The translations under genes and the position numbers were made by a program. From Clostridiales bacterium UBA7273 (GTDB lineage: Bacteria; Bacillota; Clostridia; Oscillospirales; Oscillospiraceae), in assembly GCA_002472405.1 (NCBI GenBank), contig DKRV01000032.1, forward strand, positions 3,983 through 67,982: a stretch of DNA of 64,000 bases, in the 5' to 3' direction. This document shows, one piece after another, positions 28,064-38,538 of the stretch (positions within the stretch are counted from its first letter, which is position 1; the number at the start of each line of letters is the position of its first letter). The notes beneath the pieces are model-generated. The model made no database searches. It had not been told where the DNA came from and saw only the letters and a program-made list of their open reading frames with translations.

Positions 28064-28939
28064 CTATTTATTTTCCCAAAACTTATTTTTGGCTGCAAGC
28101 TCATAGAGCCTTGAGTATGATTCGTAGCGGCTTTTTGATATGCTGCCTGCTTTGACTGCGGCCGTTACCGCGCAGCCCGGCTCTTTGAGATGGGCGCAGT
28201 CGGCAAATCGGCATGAACCGATATACTCTTTGAAGTCGCGGAAATCGTATTGCAGCTCGGATTTGTCGATAGTCTGCATCATTTCGATCTCAAACGAAGC
28301 AAAGCCCGGAGTGTCAGCAATATATGTCTCATCGCCTGCGTCAAACAGCTCAACATGCCTCGTTGTGTGTCTTCCTCGACCGAGCTTTTCGCTGACCTCT
28401 CCGACCTGAAGACTAAGTCCCGGGAGCATAGTATTGAGTATGCTTGACTTGCCGACGCCGGAGTTACCTGTAAACGCGCAGATCTTACCTTTGAGTGCGG
28501 CTTTAAGCTCGACAATTCCGGCGCCGCTTTTTGCGCTGACTCTATGTGTTTCAAAGCCGGAGGACGTATATATACCGTAAAGCTCATCTGCCGGGTCAAT
28601 GTCGGCTTTATTGATGCAAACGATAAGCTCGCAGCCGGCTTCCTCGGTGATGACTGACACTCTGTCTATCAGGAACGGATCTGTCACAGGATTTGTGTTT
28701 GCCGCTATAAATACAAGCGCGTCAATATTCGCAACGGCAGGCCGTATGAAAAAGTTTTTTCGCTCGTGCACGGCGGTTACATAGCCTTTTTTGCCCTCGG
28801 GGTCAAAGCTGACCCTGTCGCCCACCATGGGAGAGGTGCCGTCAAGACGGAATTTGCCGCGAGCGCGGCATTCGTAGACCTCATCGGCGGATATGACATA
28901 GTAAAATCCACTGAGAGCTTTAATAATCGTTCCGTCCAT
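28064..28939 (-). CDS. rsgA: ribosome small-subunit-dependent GTPase A
   Basis: 291 aa with an OB-fold N-terminus, a circularly permuted GTPase (NKADI...GNSGVGKSS) and a C-terminal zinc site CRFADCAHLKEPGC. Confidence 0.92.
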   Translation of the reverse strand: MDGTIIKALSGFYYVISADEVYECRARGKFRLDGTSPMVGDRVSFDPEGKKGYVTAVHERKNFFIRPAVANIDALVFIAANTNPVTDPFLIDRVSVITEEAGCELIVCINKADIDPADELYGIYTSSGFETHRVSAKSGAGIVELKAALKGKICAFTGNSGVGKSSILNTMLPGLSLQVGEVSEKLGRGRHTTRHVELFDAGDETYIADTPGFASFEIEMMQTIDKSELQYDFRDFKEYIGSCRFADCAHLKEPGCAVTAAVKAGSISKSRYESYSRLYELAAKNKFWENK

Positions 28940-30631
28940 TCAGCCACCGTTTCCCGACGGTCCGGAGGACACGGTTATGGATATTTTGGTGTGCTCTTCT
29001 ATCTGAGTTCCGGCAGCAATGTTCTGATCAATGACGGTTCCGGCATCAAGATCGCTCTCTGCGGTTGAAATGCTTCCGATGCTTAGGTTGCTGCTTTCTA
29101 TTTTTGCGATGGCGGCATCCTTTGAAAGTCCTTTGAGCTGGGGTACCTTGGTCATCACGGTTTCGGGGCCTGTGCTGATGATGATTTTAATTTCCGAGCC
29201 TTCGTCGGCGGCTGCGCCGGCCACGGGATCGGTGCTTATAACATAGCCCTTGGTTATGCTGTCAGATGGAGCCTGTTCAAGAGAATAAGTAAAGCCTGCA
29301 TCCTGAACCATGCTTATGGCCTCTTCCCGCTCGTGATTTACGATATCCGGCACCTTCAAAAGGCGCTTTTGATCGTCAACCGTTTCGGCAGCACACACAA
29401 GCTCAACAACTATTTTACTGCCCTTATCGCTTACCGTTTTGCTGCGGCCGGACTCGGGATCCTGCGAGAGAATTATACCGTACTCATGCTCAAGATCGAC
29501 CTTGAACGTAACCTTGAAGTCATAAATCTTCTTATAGTCTTTATCGTTAATGACATCCTCATAGTAACGCCCGACAAAGTTATCGACCTTGACCTTAACA
29601 GGATCTGAAAACAGATCCTTCAGGAAATAGCCGTTTAAGAACACAAAGCCGATTATTACAAACAGCAAAACGGCCAGTATTCCGGAGCTGAGAGCTATTT
29701 TTTTGCTGCGGCGGCTGCGCTGAGCTCTGCGCCGAGGCGGCTCCTCGCTGTCGATAAGTACCGCCTCTGAATCTTCAAGCACATGAGCGGCAAGGCTCTG
29801 AGCCTTATACTGCTCAAGGTCGGCCAGCATCTCGCTCGCCGTCTGATAGCGCTCGTCTATGTTTGAATTCATGGCCTTGAGACATATGCGCTCAAGCTCT
29901 TCGGGAATTGAAGGCACTATGTCTCGCGGAGTGACGGGGTCGGTGTTCATATGCTTAACGGCAACCTCAACGTCGGAGTTTCCGACATAAGGAAGCCTGC
30001 CGGTGAGCATTTCATACATCACTATGCCGAGCGAATATATATCGCTTCTCGCGTCGGGAGCTTCGCCGCGCGCCTGCTCGGGTGCAATATAATGCACAGA
30101 TCCTACGGTCTCGCCGTTATTTTCCTCAACAGTATTTTCAAGCGAAGCAATGCCGAAGTCGGCGACCTTTATCATGCCGTCTTTGAGCAGCATGATATTC
30201 TGCGGCTTTATATCGCGGTGGATAATACCCTTGCTGTGCGCATGCTCAAGAGCTTTTGCTGTCTGAATGGTGAAATCCAGCACCTCAGCCGGATCGAGTA
30301 CGCTTTTTTTCTGCAAATACTGCTTGAGCGTTATTCCGTCAATAAGCTCCATAACGATATATTCCACATCGTCATTATGGCTTACATCGTAAACCGAGAC
30401 GATATTGGGATGAGAAAGCATGGCAACAGCCTGCGACTCGGCACGGAAGCGTCGGCGCAGCTCGGTGTTTGCGGCGGTTTCATCGCGCATGATCTTGACC
30501 GCGTCATATCTGTTCAATCGGTGGCACAGAGCCTTGTATACGTTCGCCATGCCGCCCGAGCCGATAAGCTCGATGATCTCATAGCGATCGTCAAGGATCT
30601 TGCCTATATATTTATCATTAGTGTTTTCCAT
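28940..30631 (-). CDS. prkC: Ser/Thr protein kinase with PASTA repeats (PrkC/Stk1)
   Basis: 563 aa with Hanks kinase motifs (GSGGMANVYKA, HRDIKPQNIML, VADFGIA, APE) and one TM helix. The extracellular part has 2-3 PASTA-like repeats. Confidence 0.92.
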   Translation of the reverse strand: MENTNDKYIGKILDDRYEIIELIGSGGMANVYKALCHRLNRYDAVKIMRDETAANTELRRRFRAESQAVAMLSHPNIVSVYDVSHNDDVEYIVMELIDGITLKQYLQKKSVLDPAEVLDFTIQTAKALEHAHSKGIIHRDIKPQNIMLLKDGMIKVADFGIASLENTVEENNGETVGSVHYIAPEQARGEAPDARSDIYSLGIVMYEMLTGRLPYVGNSDVEVAVKHMNTDPVTPRDIVPSIPEELERICLKAMNSNIDERYQTASEMLADLEQYKAQSLAAHVLEDSEAVLIDSEEPPRRRAQRSRRSKKIALSSGILAVLLFVIIGFVFLNGYFLKDLFSDPVKVKVDNFVGRYYEDVINDKDYKKIYDFKVTFKVDLEHEYGIILSQDPESGRSKTVSDKGSKIVVELVCAAETVDDQKRLLKVPDIVNHEREEAISMVQDAGFTYSLEQAPSDSITKGYVISTDPVAGAAADEGSEIKIIISTGPETVMTKVPQLKGLSKDAAIAKIESSNLSIGSISTAESDLDAGTVIDQNIAAGTQIEEHTKISITVSSGPSGNGG

Positions 30632-30647
30632 AGCAGCACCTTTGATA

Positions 30648-31385
30648 TCAAGTCTTAATTAAAACGATCGAGACATTGTCTCTTGCTCCGCGCGCAAGCG
30701 CAAGCGCCATAAGCTTGGAGCAGACATCCTCGGGCAAGGCATTTTCCTTGAAGTGATCATGAATTTCCTTATCGCTGACCATATTGCTCAGCCCGTCGGA
30801 GCAAAGCAGAATGCCGTCACCCCTGTGCAGAGGGCATTCAAAATAGTCGGCTTCAACGGATGCGTCAACGCCGAGTGCGCGTGTGATTATATTTTTCTTC
30901 GGATGATGGGCGGCCTCTTCCTTTGTTATTGCCCCCATCGACACAAGCTCTTCGACATAAGAGTGATCGCGGCTTATCTGCCTTATCCCTTCATCGGAAA
31001 GGTAATATGCGCGGCTGTCGCCGACGTTGACAAGGCAGGCCTTGCGGCGCGTTATAATACCGCCGACAAGAGTTGTTCCCATGCCGCTGTAGTTTGCATC
31101 AAAGCGCGAGTATTCATATACAACGCCGTTTGCATCCGCGCAGCTGTCGCGCAAAAGCTTTTCGATGTTGCCCATGAGAAGCCGCGGAGCGGCAAGGCTT
31201 TCGTAAACGCAGCTGACAAACTCCTTGCTTGAGAGCCTGCTGGCAAGATCACCTGCCTTCGCGCCGCCCATACCGTCGCAAATGACCGCGATAACGCATT
31301 TTCGCTTATCGCAGTTTTCGATTATATAGCTGTCCTGGTTTTCGCTTCTGACCTTTCCCTTGTCAGTGATGCCGAAACTTTTCAT
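30648..31385 (-). CDS. prpC: PP2C-family Ser/Thr phosphatase (PrpC/Stp)
   Basis: 245 aa with the motifs RSENQDS, DGMGGAKAGD and GARDNVS. Confidence 0.9.
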   Translation of the reverse strand: MKSFGITDKGKVRSENQDSYIIENCDKRKCVIAVICDGMGGAKAGDLASRLSSKEFVSCVYESLAAPRLLMGNIEKLLRDSCADANGVVYEYSRFDANYSGMGTTLVGGIITRRKACLVNVGDSRAYYLSDEGIRQISRDHSYVEELVSMGAITKEEAAHHPKKNIITRALGVDASVEADYFECPLHRGDGILLCSDGLSNMVSDKEIHDHFKENALPEDVCSKLMALALARGARDNVSIVLIKT

Positions 31386-32419
31386 TTTACCTGATTGCCC
31401 TTCTGCATTTTTCTGCGCAGCTGTCCGCAGGATGCCTCAACATCGCCGCCGAGCTTGCGGCGGACGGTAACGTTAACGCCGTTATCCTCAAGCACTTTGA
31501 CAAATGCTTTTATATGCCCCTGAGTTGAGGGCTGAAAACGGCTCTCTTCAACGTGGTTCATCGGAATCAGATTGACATGCGCGCCGACATACCTCGCGCG
31601 CTTTGACAAAAGCTGTGCGTGATACTGCGTGTCGTTTACTCCGTCGATCATAATATATTCAAACGATATCCTGCGGCCGGTTTTTTCGTAATAGCGGCGG
31701 CAGCACTCCATAAGCTCGTCCACACCTCTGCCGTGGTTGGCAGGCATTATCTTCGAGCGCGTTTCGTCGTCCGGAGCGTGCAGAGATACCGATAAAGTCA
31801 ATTGTAAATTAAGTTCGGCCAGTTTGTCAAACTTTTCTGTTATTCCGCAGGTTGAAAGCGAAATATGCCGCATACCAATATTCATACCGTCTGGGTGATT
31901 TACAAGCTCAAGGAACTTGACGACGTTATCAAAATTATCAAGCGGCTCGCCGATACCCATGAGGACGATATTTGATATCTGCTTTCCCGAATCGATCTGC
32001 GAAAACATGACCTCCTCGAGAATTTCATGCGGCTCGAGACATCGAACAAGGCCGCCTATGGTGGACGCGCAGAAGGCACAGCCCTGGCGGCAGCCGACCT
32101 GGGTGGAAACGCAGACTGTGTTTCCGTGCTTATAGCTCATGACAACGGTTTCGACCGCGTTGCCGTCATACAGCTCCCACAGGTATTTTATCGTGCCGTC
32201 AATTTTCGAGACCTGCTTGCTGAGTACCTTCGGCTCGTAAACGGCATATTCGGTTTTAAGCTTCTCGCGCAGCGATTTTGGGATATCGCTCATCTCATCT
32301 ATTGAGCCTATTCCCCTGCCGAGCCACTTGAAAACCTGCTTTGCGCGGTATTTAGGCTCACCGAGACCTGCGAGAACATCTTCTATTTCATTCGGGAGCA
32401 TGCTCCTAAGGTTTTTCAT
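31382..32419 (-). CDS. rlmN: 23S rRNA (adenine2503-C2)-methyltransferase RlmN
   Basis: 345 aa with the radical-SAM CxxxCxxC motif (GCRQGCAFCAS), MGIGEPL and a C-terminal catalytic Cys (ASCGQL). Confidence 0.93.
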   Translation of the reverse strand: MKNLRSMLPNEIEDVLAGLGEPKYRAKQVFKWLGRGIGSIDEMSDIPKSLREKLKTEYAVYEPKVLSKQVSKIDGTIKYLWELYDGNAVETVVMSYKHGNTVCVSTQVGCRQGCAFCASTIGGLVRCLEPHEILEEVMFSQIDSGKQISNIVLMGIGEPLDNFDNVVKFLELVNHPDGMNIGMRHISLSTCGITEKFDKLAELNLQLTLSVSLHAPDDETRSKIMPANHGRGVDELMECCRRYYEKTGRRISFEYIMIDGVNDTQYHAQLLSKRARYVGAHVNLIPMNHVEESRFQPSTQGHIKAFVKVLEDNGVNVTVRRKLGGDVEASCGQLRRKMQKGNQVK

Positions 32420-33723
32420 TTGTTTCTCCTAAGCTTGCTGACAAAAAATCCGTCGGTACCGTGAATATCCGGCCAGAACGTCGTATATCCGTCGGTGGCA
32501 GTCTCGCCGTTTGGGAGCGTAAAGCTCTCTGCCGAAAATTCGGCGTGGGCTCTCAAAAATGCTTTCACGACATCCTCATTTTCACGCCCGAGTACCGTGC
32601 ATGTAGAATAAACGATCACTCCGCCCGGCTTAACATATTGCGAAAGGTTTTCGAGTATCGCAGCCTGTATCGCAGGCATCGATGCGCTGTCTTCAAGCGG
32701 CTTATAGCGTATCTCAGGCTTTTTTCGGATAACACCGTAGCCCGAGCATGGAACATCGGCAATGATCGCATCATACTGCCTGTAAAACGGTTCTCGCGCA
32801 TCATGCGAAAACGCATTTATACATGAAATGCCGAGACGCTGCGCGCCTTCACTTATAAGTCTTATTTTTTTATCGTGCAGATCGCAGGAATCTATGCTGC
32901 CCTCATTTCGCATTGCAATGGCGGCCGCGAAGCTTTTTCCGCCCGGAGCTGCGCAGGAATCAAGCACATACATTCCCGGCTCAAGCGCCGCTGCCAGAAC
33001 CGCGCATTTTGCGGCAGGATCCTGAACGTAGAAAAGGCCCTCGTCAAAGCCGGGCATTGAGCTTACGCTTCCGGCCGTAACGATACAATTCGGCAGCCAT
33101 GGGTGCATTGAGCACGGAATGCTCTCTGCTAAAAGACGAGCCATAAGCTCATCAGGCGTAATTTTCAGTGTGTTCACCTGAAGGCAGGTACCCGGGATCG
33201 TGTTATCGGCCGCGAGAAACGCCTCGGCGGCGTCATATCCCCGGCGGTCAACAATATACTGAGCAAGCTGCTGCGGATGGCTGTATTTGACCGAAAGGTA
33301 CTGCGCCGTTCCCTTTCCGGGAGGCTCGGGCAGCTTGTCCGCACTGGACGCGATCTTTCTCAAAACAGCGTTACAAAAGCCTGAAACCCTTGAATAGCCA
33401 AGCTTTTTGCACAGTGCCACCGATTCGTTCACGGCGGCGGACGCAGGGATCTTGTCCATAAAAATGAGCTGATACGCGCCGCTGCGCATTATATCGCGCA
33501 CCTTCGGCTCGATCTTAGATGCCGACTTACTGTTGAGATCAATGTAATAATCCAGAAGCGCGGTGCTCTGCAAAACGCCGAGGCTTATGCTGACTGCAAG
33601 CGAAAGCGAGCGCGAGTCAAGATCGTATTTAGTTTTCATCGCGTCGCTTAGTGCCGACGACCATGCGCCGTCGCGTCTTGTGCGCTCAAGCGCAAAAACA
33701 GCGGCTTCTCTGGCTTTATCCAA
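32416..33723 (-). CDS. rsmB: 16S rRNA (cytosine967-C5)-methyltransferase RsmB
   Basis: 435 aa with a NusB-like N-terminal domain, FYVQDPAA, the SAM motif DSCAAPGGKS, and catalytic DVPCSG and YSTCT. Confidence 0.9.
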   Translation of the reverse strand: MDKAREAAVFALERTRRDGAWSSALSDAMKTKYDLDSRSLSLAVSISLGVLQSTALLDYYIDLNSKSASKIEPKVRDIMRSGAYQLIFMDKIPASAAVNESVALCKKLGYSRVSGFCNAVLRKIASSADKLPEPPGKGTAQYLSVKYSHPQQLAQYIVDRRGYDAAEAFLAADNTIPGTCLQVNTLKITPDELMARLLAESIPCSMHPWLPNCIVTAGSVSSMPGFDEGLFYVQDPAAKCAVLAAALEPGMYVLDSCAAPGGKSFAAAIAMRNEGSIDSCDLHDKKIRLISEGAQRLGISCINAFSHDAREPFYRQYDAIIADVPCSGYGVIRKKPEIRYKPLEDSASMPAIQAAILENLSQYVKPGGVIVYSTCTVLGRENEDVVKAFLRAHAEFSAESFTLPNGETATDGYTTFWPDIHGTDGFFVSKLRRNK

Positions 33724-33726
33724 TGC

Positions 33727-34647
33727 TTAATCCACCTTTATGGGGTGTCCGAGCAAATAGTCGGACGCTTTCATTCGTTTTTTCCCTGCTGCCTGAAGCT
33801 CGGTTATGCGAACCGTTTCACCGTCAAGGCAGGCTATTTCAATGCCTTTTTTTCCGGCGCTGACCACGCTTCCGGGAGCTTTAACTGTCTTGTTCTTCGT
33901 ATACTCGGCAGAATAAATTTTAAAAACTTTTCCGTCAAGCTCTGCTGTTGCGACCGGCCACGGCTGTAAGCCGTATATCTGCTTTATGATCTCGCGCGGT
34001 GTTTTCGCCCAATCTATAGGACTAAAGCTTTTATCGAGCATTTTGACATAGCTTGCCTTGCTGTGATCCTGCTGCGTTCTCGGCGCTGTTCCGGCTTCTA
34101 TATCGCGCAGAGTGCGGTCAAGAAGCTCGGCACCCATGACCATCAGGCGGTCAAACAGCTCGCCGGAGGTCTCAAACTCGCCAATCTCGGTTTCGGCTGT
34201 ATAAATTATATCGCCGGTATCCATTTCCGACGCGAGATACATGGTCGTAACGCCGGTGATCTTATCGCCGTTCAAAACCGCCCACTGTATGGGTGCTGCA
34301 CCTCTGTACTTAGGCAGAAGCGACGCATGCACGTTTATAGCGCCGTATTTCGGTACCTCGAGCATATCGTCCGGCAGTATGCGCCCATAAGCGACAACGA
34401 CAAGAATATCGGGCCTGAGGCTTTTTATAAGCTCGGTAGCCGTTCCGTCGCGCAGCTTTGTAGGCTGATAAACGGGAATATTGTTTTCCAGTGCAAGCTC
34501 CTTTACCGGACTGTACGAAAGCTTCATGCCGCGGTCGCGCGGCTTGTCCGGCTGAGTGAAAACGGCTGCAATATCGTATTCTTCATCTATAAGCTTTTTT
34601 AATGAGGCTGCGGCGAAATCCGGTGTGCCCATAAAAACTATGCGCAT
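33727..34647 (-). CDS. fmt: methionyl-tRNA formyltransferase
   Basis: ORF 33727..34704 trimmed to Met20 (MRIVFMGTPDFA), which has GAGGG 8 nt upstream. It has the HASLLPKYRGAAPIQWA motif. Met18, which gives an ATGA overlap with def, is an alternative start. Confidence 0.93.
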   Translation of the reverse strand: MRIVFMGTPDFAAASLKKLIDEEYDIAAVFTQPDKPRDRGMKLSYSPVKELALENNIPVYQPTKLRDGTATELIKSLRPDILVVVAYGRILPDDMLEVPKYGAINVHASLLPKYRGAAPIQWAVLNGDKITGVTTMYLASEMDTGDIIYTAETEIGEFETSGELFDRLMVMGAELLDRTLRDIEAGTAPRTQQDHSKASYVKMLDKSFSPIDWAKTPREIIKQIYGLQPWPVATAELDGKVFKIYSAEYTKNKTVKAPGSVVSAGKKGIEIACLDGETVRITELQAAGKKRMKASDYLLGHPIKVD

Positions 34648-34649
34648 AC

Positions 34650-35153
34650 TCATCCCTCGCTTCCGCTGCCCTTTATCTCGTCCTCGGAGAGCATGCGTTC
34701 GCACTTTTCGGTGAACAGATGTCCGTCAAGGTGGTCAAGCTCGTGGCATATGCATCTTGCGGTGAGGCCTGTACCGGTGTATTCAAACCAGCCTCCGTCC
34801 CTGTCCTGTGCGCGAACCGTTACAACCGACGGGCGCGTGACAATGCCGTATTCGCCCGGAACGCTGAGACAGCCCTCGGCGCCGGTCTGCTCGCCCTCGG
34901 AAGATACGATGACCGGGTTTATAAGCTCAAGTATCTCCTCGTCCTCTTCGTCTTCAACATTGGTTTCAATGACAAGAACAACGCGGCGCAATATGCCGAC
35001 CTGCGGAGCCGCAAGGCCGACTCCGTTTGCGTTTTCAAGCGTTTCGGCCATGTCGTCGAGAAGTTGGTGGAGTCTTTCGTCAAATTTGACCTGCTCGCGG
35101 CAGATCTTGTGAAGTATATTGTCCTCTTTTGTTACTATATGTCTGAGTGCCAT
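34650..35153 (-). CDS. def: peptide deformylase
   Basis: 167 aa with the three deformylase motifs GLAAPQVG, EGCLS and HELDH. Confidence 0.93.
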   Translation of the reverse strand: MALRHIVTKEDNILHKICREQVKFDERLHQLLDDMAETLENANGVGLAAPQVGILRRVVLVIETNVEDEEDEEILELINPVIVSSEGEQTGAEGCLSVPGEYGIVTRPSVVTVRAQDRDGGWFEYTGTGLTARCICHELDHLDGHLFTEKCERMLSEDEIKGSGSEG

Positions 35154-35162
35154 GTTCTTCTC

Positions 35163-37415
35163 CTAATCAGAGGGGTTATTGTCAGCAAACACGCTGACGC
35201 CCCTGTATTTTCCTGATCTTGCACAGCGAATGAGCACCGAAGATATTATCTCGCGGATCTGCCTGTCGGCTGTGCAGCATATATTTACTCTGTATCTATA
35301 ACGGTTATTTACTCTGACGACCGCCAGCGGCGCAGGGCCGAGAATGCGTACATCGCTTCGATCTCTAAGCGTTGCTTTGACCACCGTGCAAATATCCGTG
35401 CAGCATTTTATAACTGTGCTTTCCACCGTTCCTGAGGCGGTTATGGCGATTATATCCGCAAACGGCGGAGTGTCCTGAAGTCTGCGCAGGCTGAGCTCGG
35501 TTTTAAAAAAGCTCTCGTAATCCTGCTGCGCGGCAAGACGTATTATCTCATTTTGCGGAGTGAAAGTCTGGATAATGGCGCGTCCCGGTTTACTGCCCCT
35601 GCCGCTGCGCCCGATGACCTGCGTTATAAGCGAAAATGTTCTCTCTCCGGAGCGGTAATCACCGCAATAAAGGCTTTGGTCGGCGGAGACTACGCCGATG
35701 AGCGTCACATTTTCAAAGTTAAGTCCCTTGGTAACCATCTGAGTGCCGACCATAATGGGGATCTTTTCGTTTTTAAATTTGTTTAGCAGCACATCGTGAC
35801 TGCCTGCCGCCTTGACAGTGTCGGTATCCATTCGCAGGACCTGCGTATCCGGGTACAGCTGCTTAAGCTCTTCCTCAATTAGCTGAGTTCCGGCACCGAC
35901 AAATGTCAGCATTCCACCGCAGTCGGGGCAATGGCTGTCGGCTCTGCAAGTATAGCCGCAGTAATGGCAGATAAGCCGCTTATTGACGCTGTGATACGTC
36001 AGCGAAACGCTGCAATTCGGACACTTATAGACATATCCGCAGTCGCCGCAGCAGATGAGCTTGTTTGCTCCGCGGCGATTGATAAACAGTATGCTCTGCT
36101 CGCCGCGCTCTATATTTTCCTCAAGCTCGGCCTTAAGCCTTGAGCTCAGCTCGCTGCCGTTTCCGGACTTAAGCTCGCTTTTCATATCCACTATCTCGAC
36201 CGACGGGAGCTGCATCGCATTATAACGCTCATGCATCTGAAAGAATTTATACTTTCCGATCTCCGCAGCATACCGGCTTTCAATATCGGGAGTTGCCGAG
36301 CCAAGCAGTAAAAGCGAATTGGTCTTTGCGCAGCGATACTTTGCAACATCGCGCGCATGGTATCGCGGTGAGTTTTCGGACTTATAACTGTCCTCCTGCT
36401 CCTCGTCGATGATGATAAGGCCGAGGTTTTCAAACGGAGCAAACACCGCGCTGCGAGTTCCGATCGCGAGCTTTGCGCCGCCTGTTTTTATGCGCTTCCA
36501 CTCATCGTAACGCTCGCCGACGGCAAGACTGCTGTGCAGTATTGCAACGTCATTGCCGAAATATTCGGAAAAAGTGTGTATCATCTGCGGCGTCAGCGCG
36601 ATCTCCGGTACGAGAAGTATGGCGCATTTTCCGCTTTTGATCGTATCGTCGATGAGGCGGATATACACCGAGGTCTTTCCGCTGCCGGTAACTCCGCACA
36701 AAAGTGCAGCCTCCGGGCGCGGCTCGTCGAGCAGCTTTTTAATGCCTGAATATGCGCTTTCCTGCTCGCGGTTAAGCTCGGGAAGAGCCTTTAGCTTTCC
36801 CGTCCACACCTCGGGCCGGCGGAACACCTCTTCCTTATCCGCAACAACTAACTGCGCGTTTATTAGCGCGTTCAGCGACTGCCGCGATGCTCCCGTAAAA
36901 TGCATAGCTTCCCGAGCGGACACACGCCCTGTCGAGCACAGAAGCTCAAGCAGCGCAGCCTGCATGGGCGCTTTTCGGCGAATATTCTGCGCTGTGTCAA
37001 ACGCTTCCTCAGCGTCAATGGCAAGACTTATCATCTCGCGCATTTTGTCGTTCACCTGGCGCGCCCCATCGGACTTAAACCAGCAGCCGGCCGGGAGAAT
37101 GGTTCTGACGGCATCATACACCGTGCAGAACAGCCTGTCATGCATCCAAAGAGCGAGCTTGAGCTGAGACGGCGTTAGCATAGGCTCTTTATCAAGGCAG
37201 GACTCAATTGGCTTCAGGTTTTCATACTCGCTGTTATCGCTAAGTGCGAGCACAATGCCCTCGCTGCGGCGATTTCCGCGCGAAAACGGAACCGTAACGC
37301 GCATGCCCGGAGCGACGACCTCTGCCATACTCTCGGGTATCAGATAGTCATAGGGCTTGTCTATACTGTAATTTGCGGCTGCAACCGCAATTTTTGCTAT
37401 ACGCTTTTCCGACAT
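35163..37415 (-). CDS. priA: primosomal protein N' (replication restart helicase PriA)
   Basis: ORF 35163..37424. Met4 (MSEKRIAKIAV) is preferred on RBS spacing. It has Walker A GVTGSGKTSVY, DEEQE and a Cys-rich zinc insert (CGDCGYVYKCPNCSVSLTYH...CHYCGY...CPDCG). Confidence 0.92.
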   Translation of the reverse strand: MSEKRIAKIAVAAANYSIDKPYDYLIPESMAEVVAPGMRVTVPFSRGNRRSEGIVLALSDNSEYENLKPIESCLDKEPMLTPSQLKLALWMHDRLFCTVYDAVRTILPAGCWFKSDGARQVNDKMREMISLAIDAEEAFDTAQNIRRKAPMQAALLELLCSTGRVSAREAMHFTGASRQSLNALINAQLVVADKEEVFRRPEVWTGKLKALPELNREQESAYSGIKKLLDEPRPEAALLCGVTGSGKTSVYIRLIDDTIKSGKCAILLVPEIALTPQMIHTFSEYFGNDVAILHSSLAVGERYDEWKRIKTGGAKLAIGTRSAVFAPFENLGLIIIDEEQEDSYKSENSPRYHARDVAKYRCAKTNSLLLLGSATPDIESRYAAEIGKYKFFQMHERYNAMQLPSVEIVDMKSELKSGNGSELSSRLKAELEENIERGEQSILFINRRGANKLICCGDCGYVYKCPNCSVSLTYHSVNKRLICHYCGYTCRADSHCPDCGGMLTFVGAGTQLIEEELKQLYPDTQVLRMDTDTVKAAGSHDVLLNKFKNEKIPIMVGTQMVTKGLNFENVTLIGVVSADQSLYCGDYRSGERTFSLITQVIGRSGRGSKPGRAIIQTFTPQNEIIRLAAQQDYESFFKTELSLRRLQDTPPFADIIAITASGTVESTVIKCCTDICTVVKATLRDRSDVRILGPAPLAVVRVNNRYRYRVNICCTADRQIREIISSVLIRCARSGKYRGVSVFADNNPSD

Positions 37416-37444
37416 GCCCACCATCCTTCATCTGCGATATAACC

Positions 37445-37473
37445 AAAATTCAGCGGAGCGATATGGCTCCGCT
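37445..37473 (-). terminator. hairpin/terminator after rpoZ
   Basis: The minus strand reads CAGCGGAGC-catatc-GCTCCGCTG followed by AATTTT. It sits 5 nt after the rpoZ stop and about 20 nt before the priA RBS. Confidence 0.55.
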
Positions 37474-37478
37474 GTAAA

Positions 37479-37670
37479 TTATTTTGCTATGGTAAGCTTG
37501 CCGGTGTATACTTCGTCAATAGCTGCGGAAACGGGCTTCTTATCGAGGATAACGCCCTCTTCCTCGGCGTTTGCGGATATCTCGCGTGCTCTTCTTGCTA
37601 CGAGATTTACAAGCTGATAACGGTTGCCGGTCTTGCTCACAAGCTCGGCAACAGGGGGATAAAGCATCAT
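37479..37670 (-). CDS. rpoZ: DNA-directed RNA polymerase subunit omega
   Basis: 63 aa with MMLYPPVAELVSKTGNRYQLVNLVARRAREI, typical of RpoZ. Confidence 0.9.
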   Translation of the reverse strand: MMLYPPVAELVSKTGNRYQLVNLVARRAREISANAEEEGVILDKKPVSAAIDEVYTGKLTIAK

Positions 37671-37672
37671 GA

Positions 37673-38278
37673 TCAGTCTACCTCACTTAAATAGTTTTTT
37701 CTAAGGTCATATTTGCAGTACTCTGCAGTTATAATTGCCGAAAATTCCTTTGCGGCCTTATCGGCATCGTCATTGATTATTATATAGTCATAAAAGTCTG
37801 CCGCGGCATATTCCTCTTTTGCGCGGATAAGGCGAGCCTCTATCTTACGCTCGGAATCCGTTCCTCTGCTGCGCAGTCTCTTCTCAAGCTCGGCCATGGA
37901 CGGCGGAATGATGAAAACCATGACCGCCTCGGGCATCTTCTGGTGAACCTGAAGAGCGCCCTGAACCTCAATGTCAAGCAGGACATTCATGCCCTCGCTG
38001 AGTTTTTTCTCAACATAAGCCTTGGGCGTGCCGTAGGAGTTGGCCACATACTCGGCATGCTCAAGAAATTCGTCGTTTTCGACCATCTCGCGGAATTTAT
38101 CAAGATCAACGAAGAAATATTCCTTGCCGTCAACCTCGCCTGGACGAGGCTTCCTCGTCGTTGCGGAAACGGAAAAACATATATCGTCTCGTACCTCAAG
38201 AGCCTTGAAAACGACAGTGCTCTTCCCTGCTCCGGACGGTCCGGATATAACTATAAGCTTTCCTCTCTGTTTAGCCAT
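37673..38278 (-). CDS. gmk: guanylate kinase
   Basis: ORF 37673..38296 trimmed to Met7 ([21 protein letters not shown]). It has the P-loop and an [19 protein letters not shown] motif, and overlaps the remA end by 8 nt. Confidence 0.93.
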   Translation of the reverse strand: MAKQRGKLIVISGPSGAGKSTVVFKALEVRDDICFSVSATTRKPRPGEVDGKEYFFVDLDKFREMVENDEFLEHAEYVANSYGTPKAYVEKKLSEGMNVLLDIEVQGALQVHQKMPEAVMVFIIPPSMAELEKRLRSRGTDSERKIEARLIRAKEEYAAADFYDYIIINDDADKAAKEFSAIITAEYCKYDLRKNYLSEVD

Positions 38279-38531
38279 TTGCTGCACCTTCCTCATTCTT
38301 ATTTGACATTCGCGCCGCCAGAACCTCCGGCGTGAGCGCGGACAGGATAACGTTTCCGCTGTCCATTATAAGCGCAGCCTTCGTGCTTCTGCCGAAGGAT
38401 GCGTCAATTAATAACCCCTTATCTCTCACGTCCTGAATCATTCGCTTTATCGGCGCCGATTCAGGGCTTACCATGGCAATAACACGCTGAGCGCTTACCA
38501 TGTTTCCAAATCCTATATTTATGAGCGTCAT
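38271..38531 (-). CDS. remA: RemA-family (DUF370) extracellular-matrix/biofilm regulatory protein
   Basis: ORF 38271..38609 trimmed to Met27 ([33 protein letters not shown]...LIDASFGR), which has GAGGG upstream. This is the canonical RemA sequence pattern. Confidence 0.85.
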   Translation of the reverse strand: MTLINIGFGNMVSAQRVIAMVSPESAPIKRMIQDVRDKGLLIDASFGRSTKAALIMDSGNVILSALTPEVLAARMSNKNEEGAANG

Positions 38532-38538
38532 GCTGCCC

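Noticed and set aside
27905-28114. A 69-aa plus-strand ORF in the rsgA / sipL-like intergenic region.
   Set aside because: It has no RBS, runs through the rsgA terminator hairpin into the rsgA 3' end, and its translation is featureless. The opposite-strand hydrophobic mini-ORF is the more plausible reading and is reported separately at low confidence.
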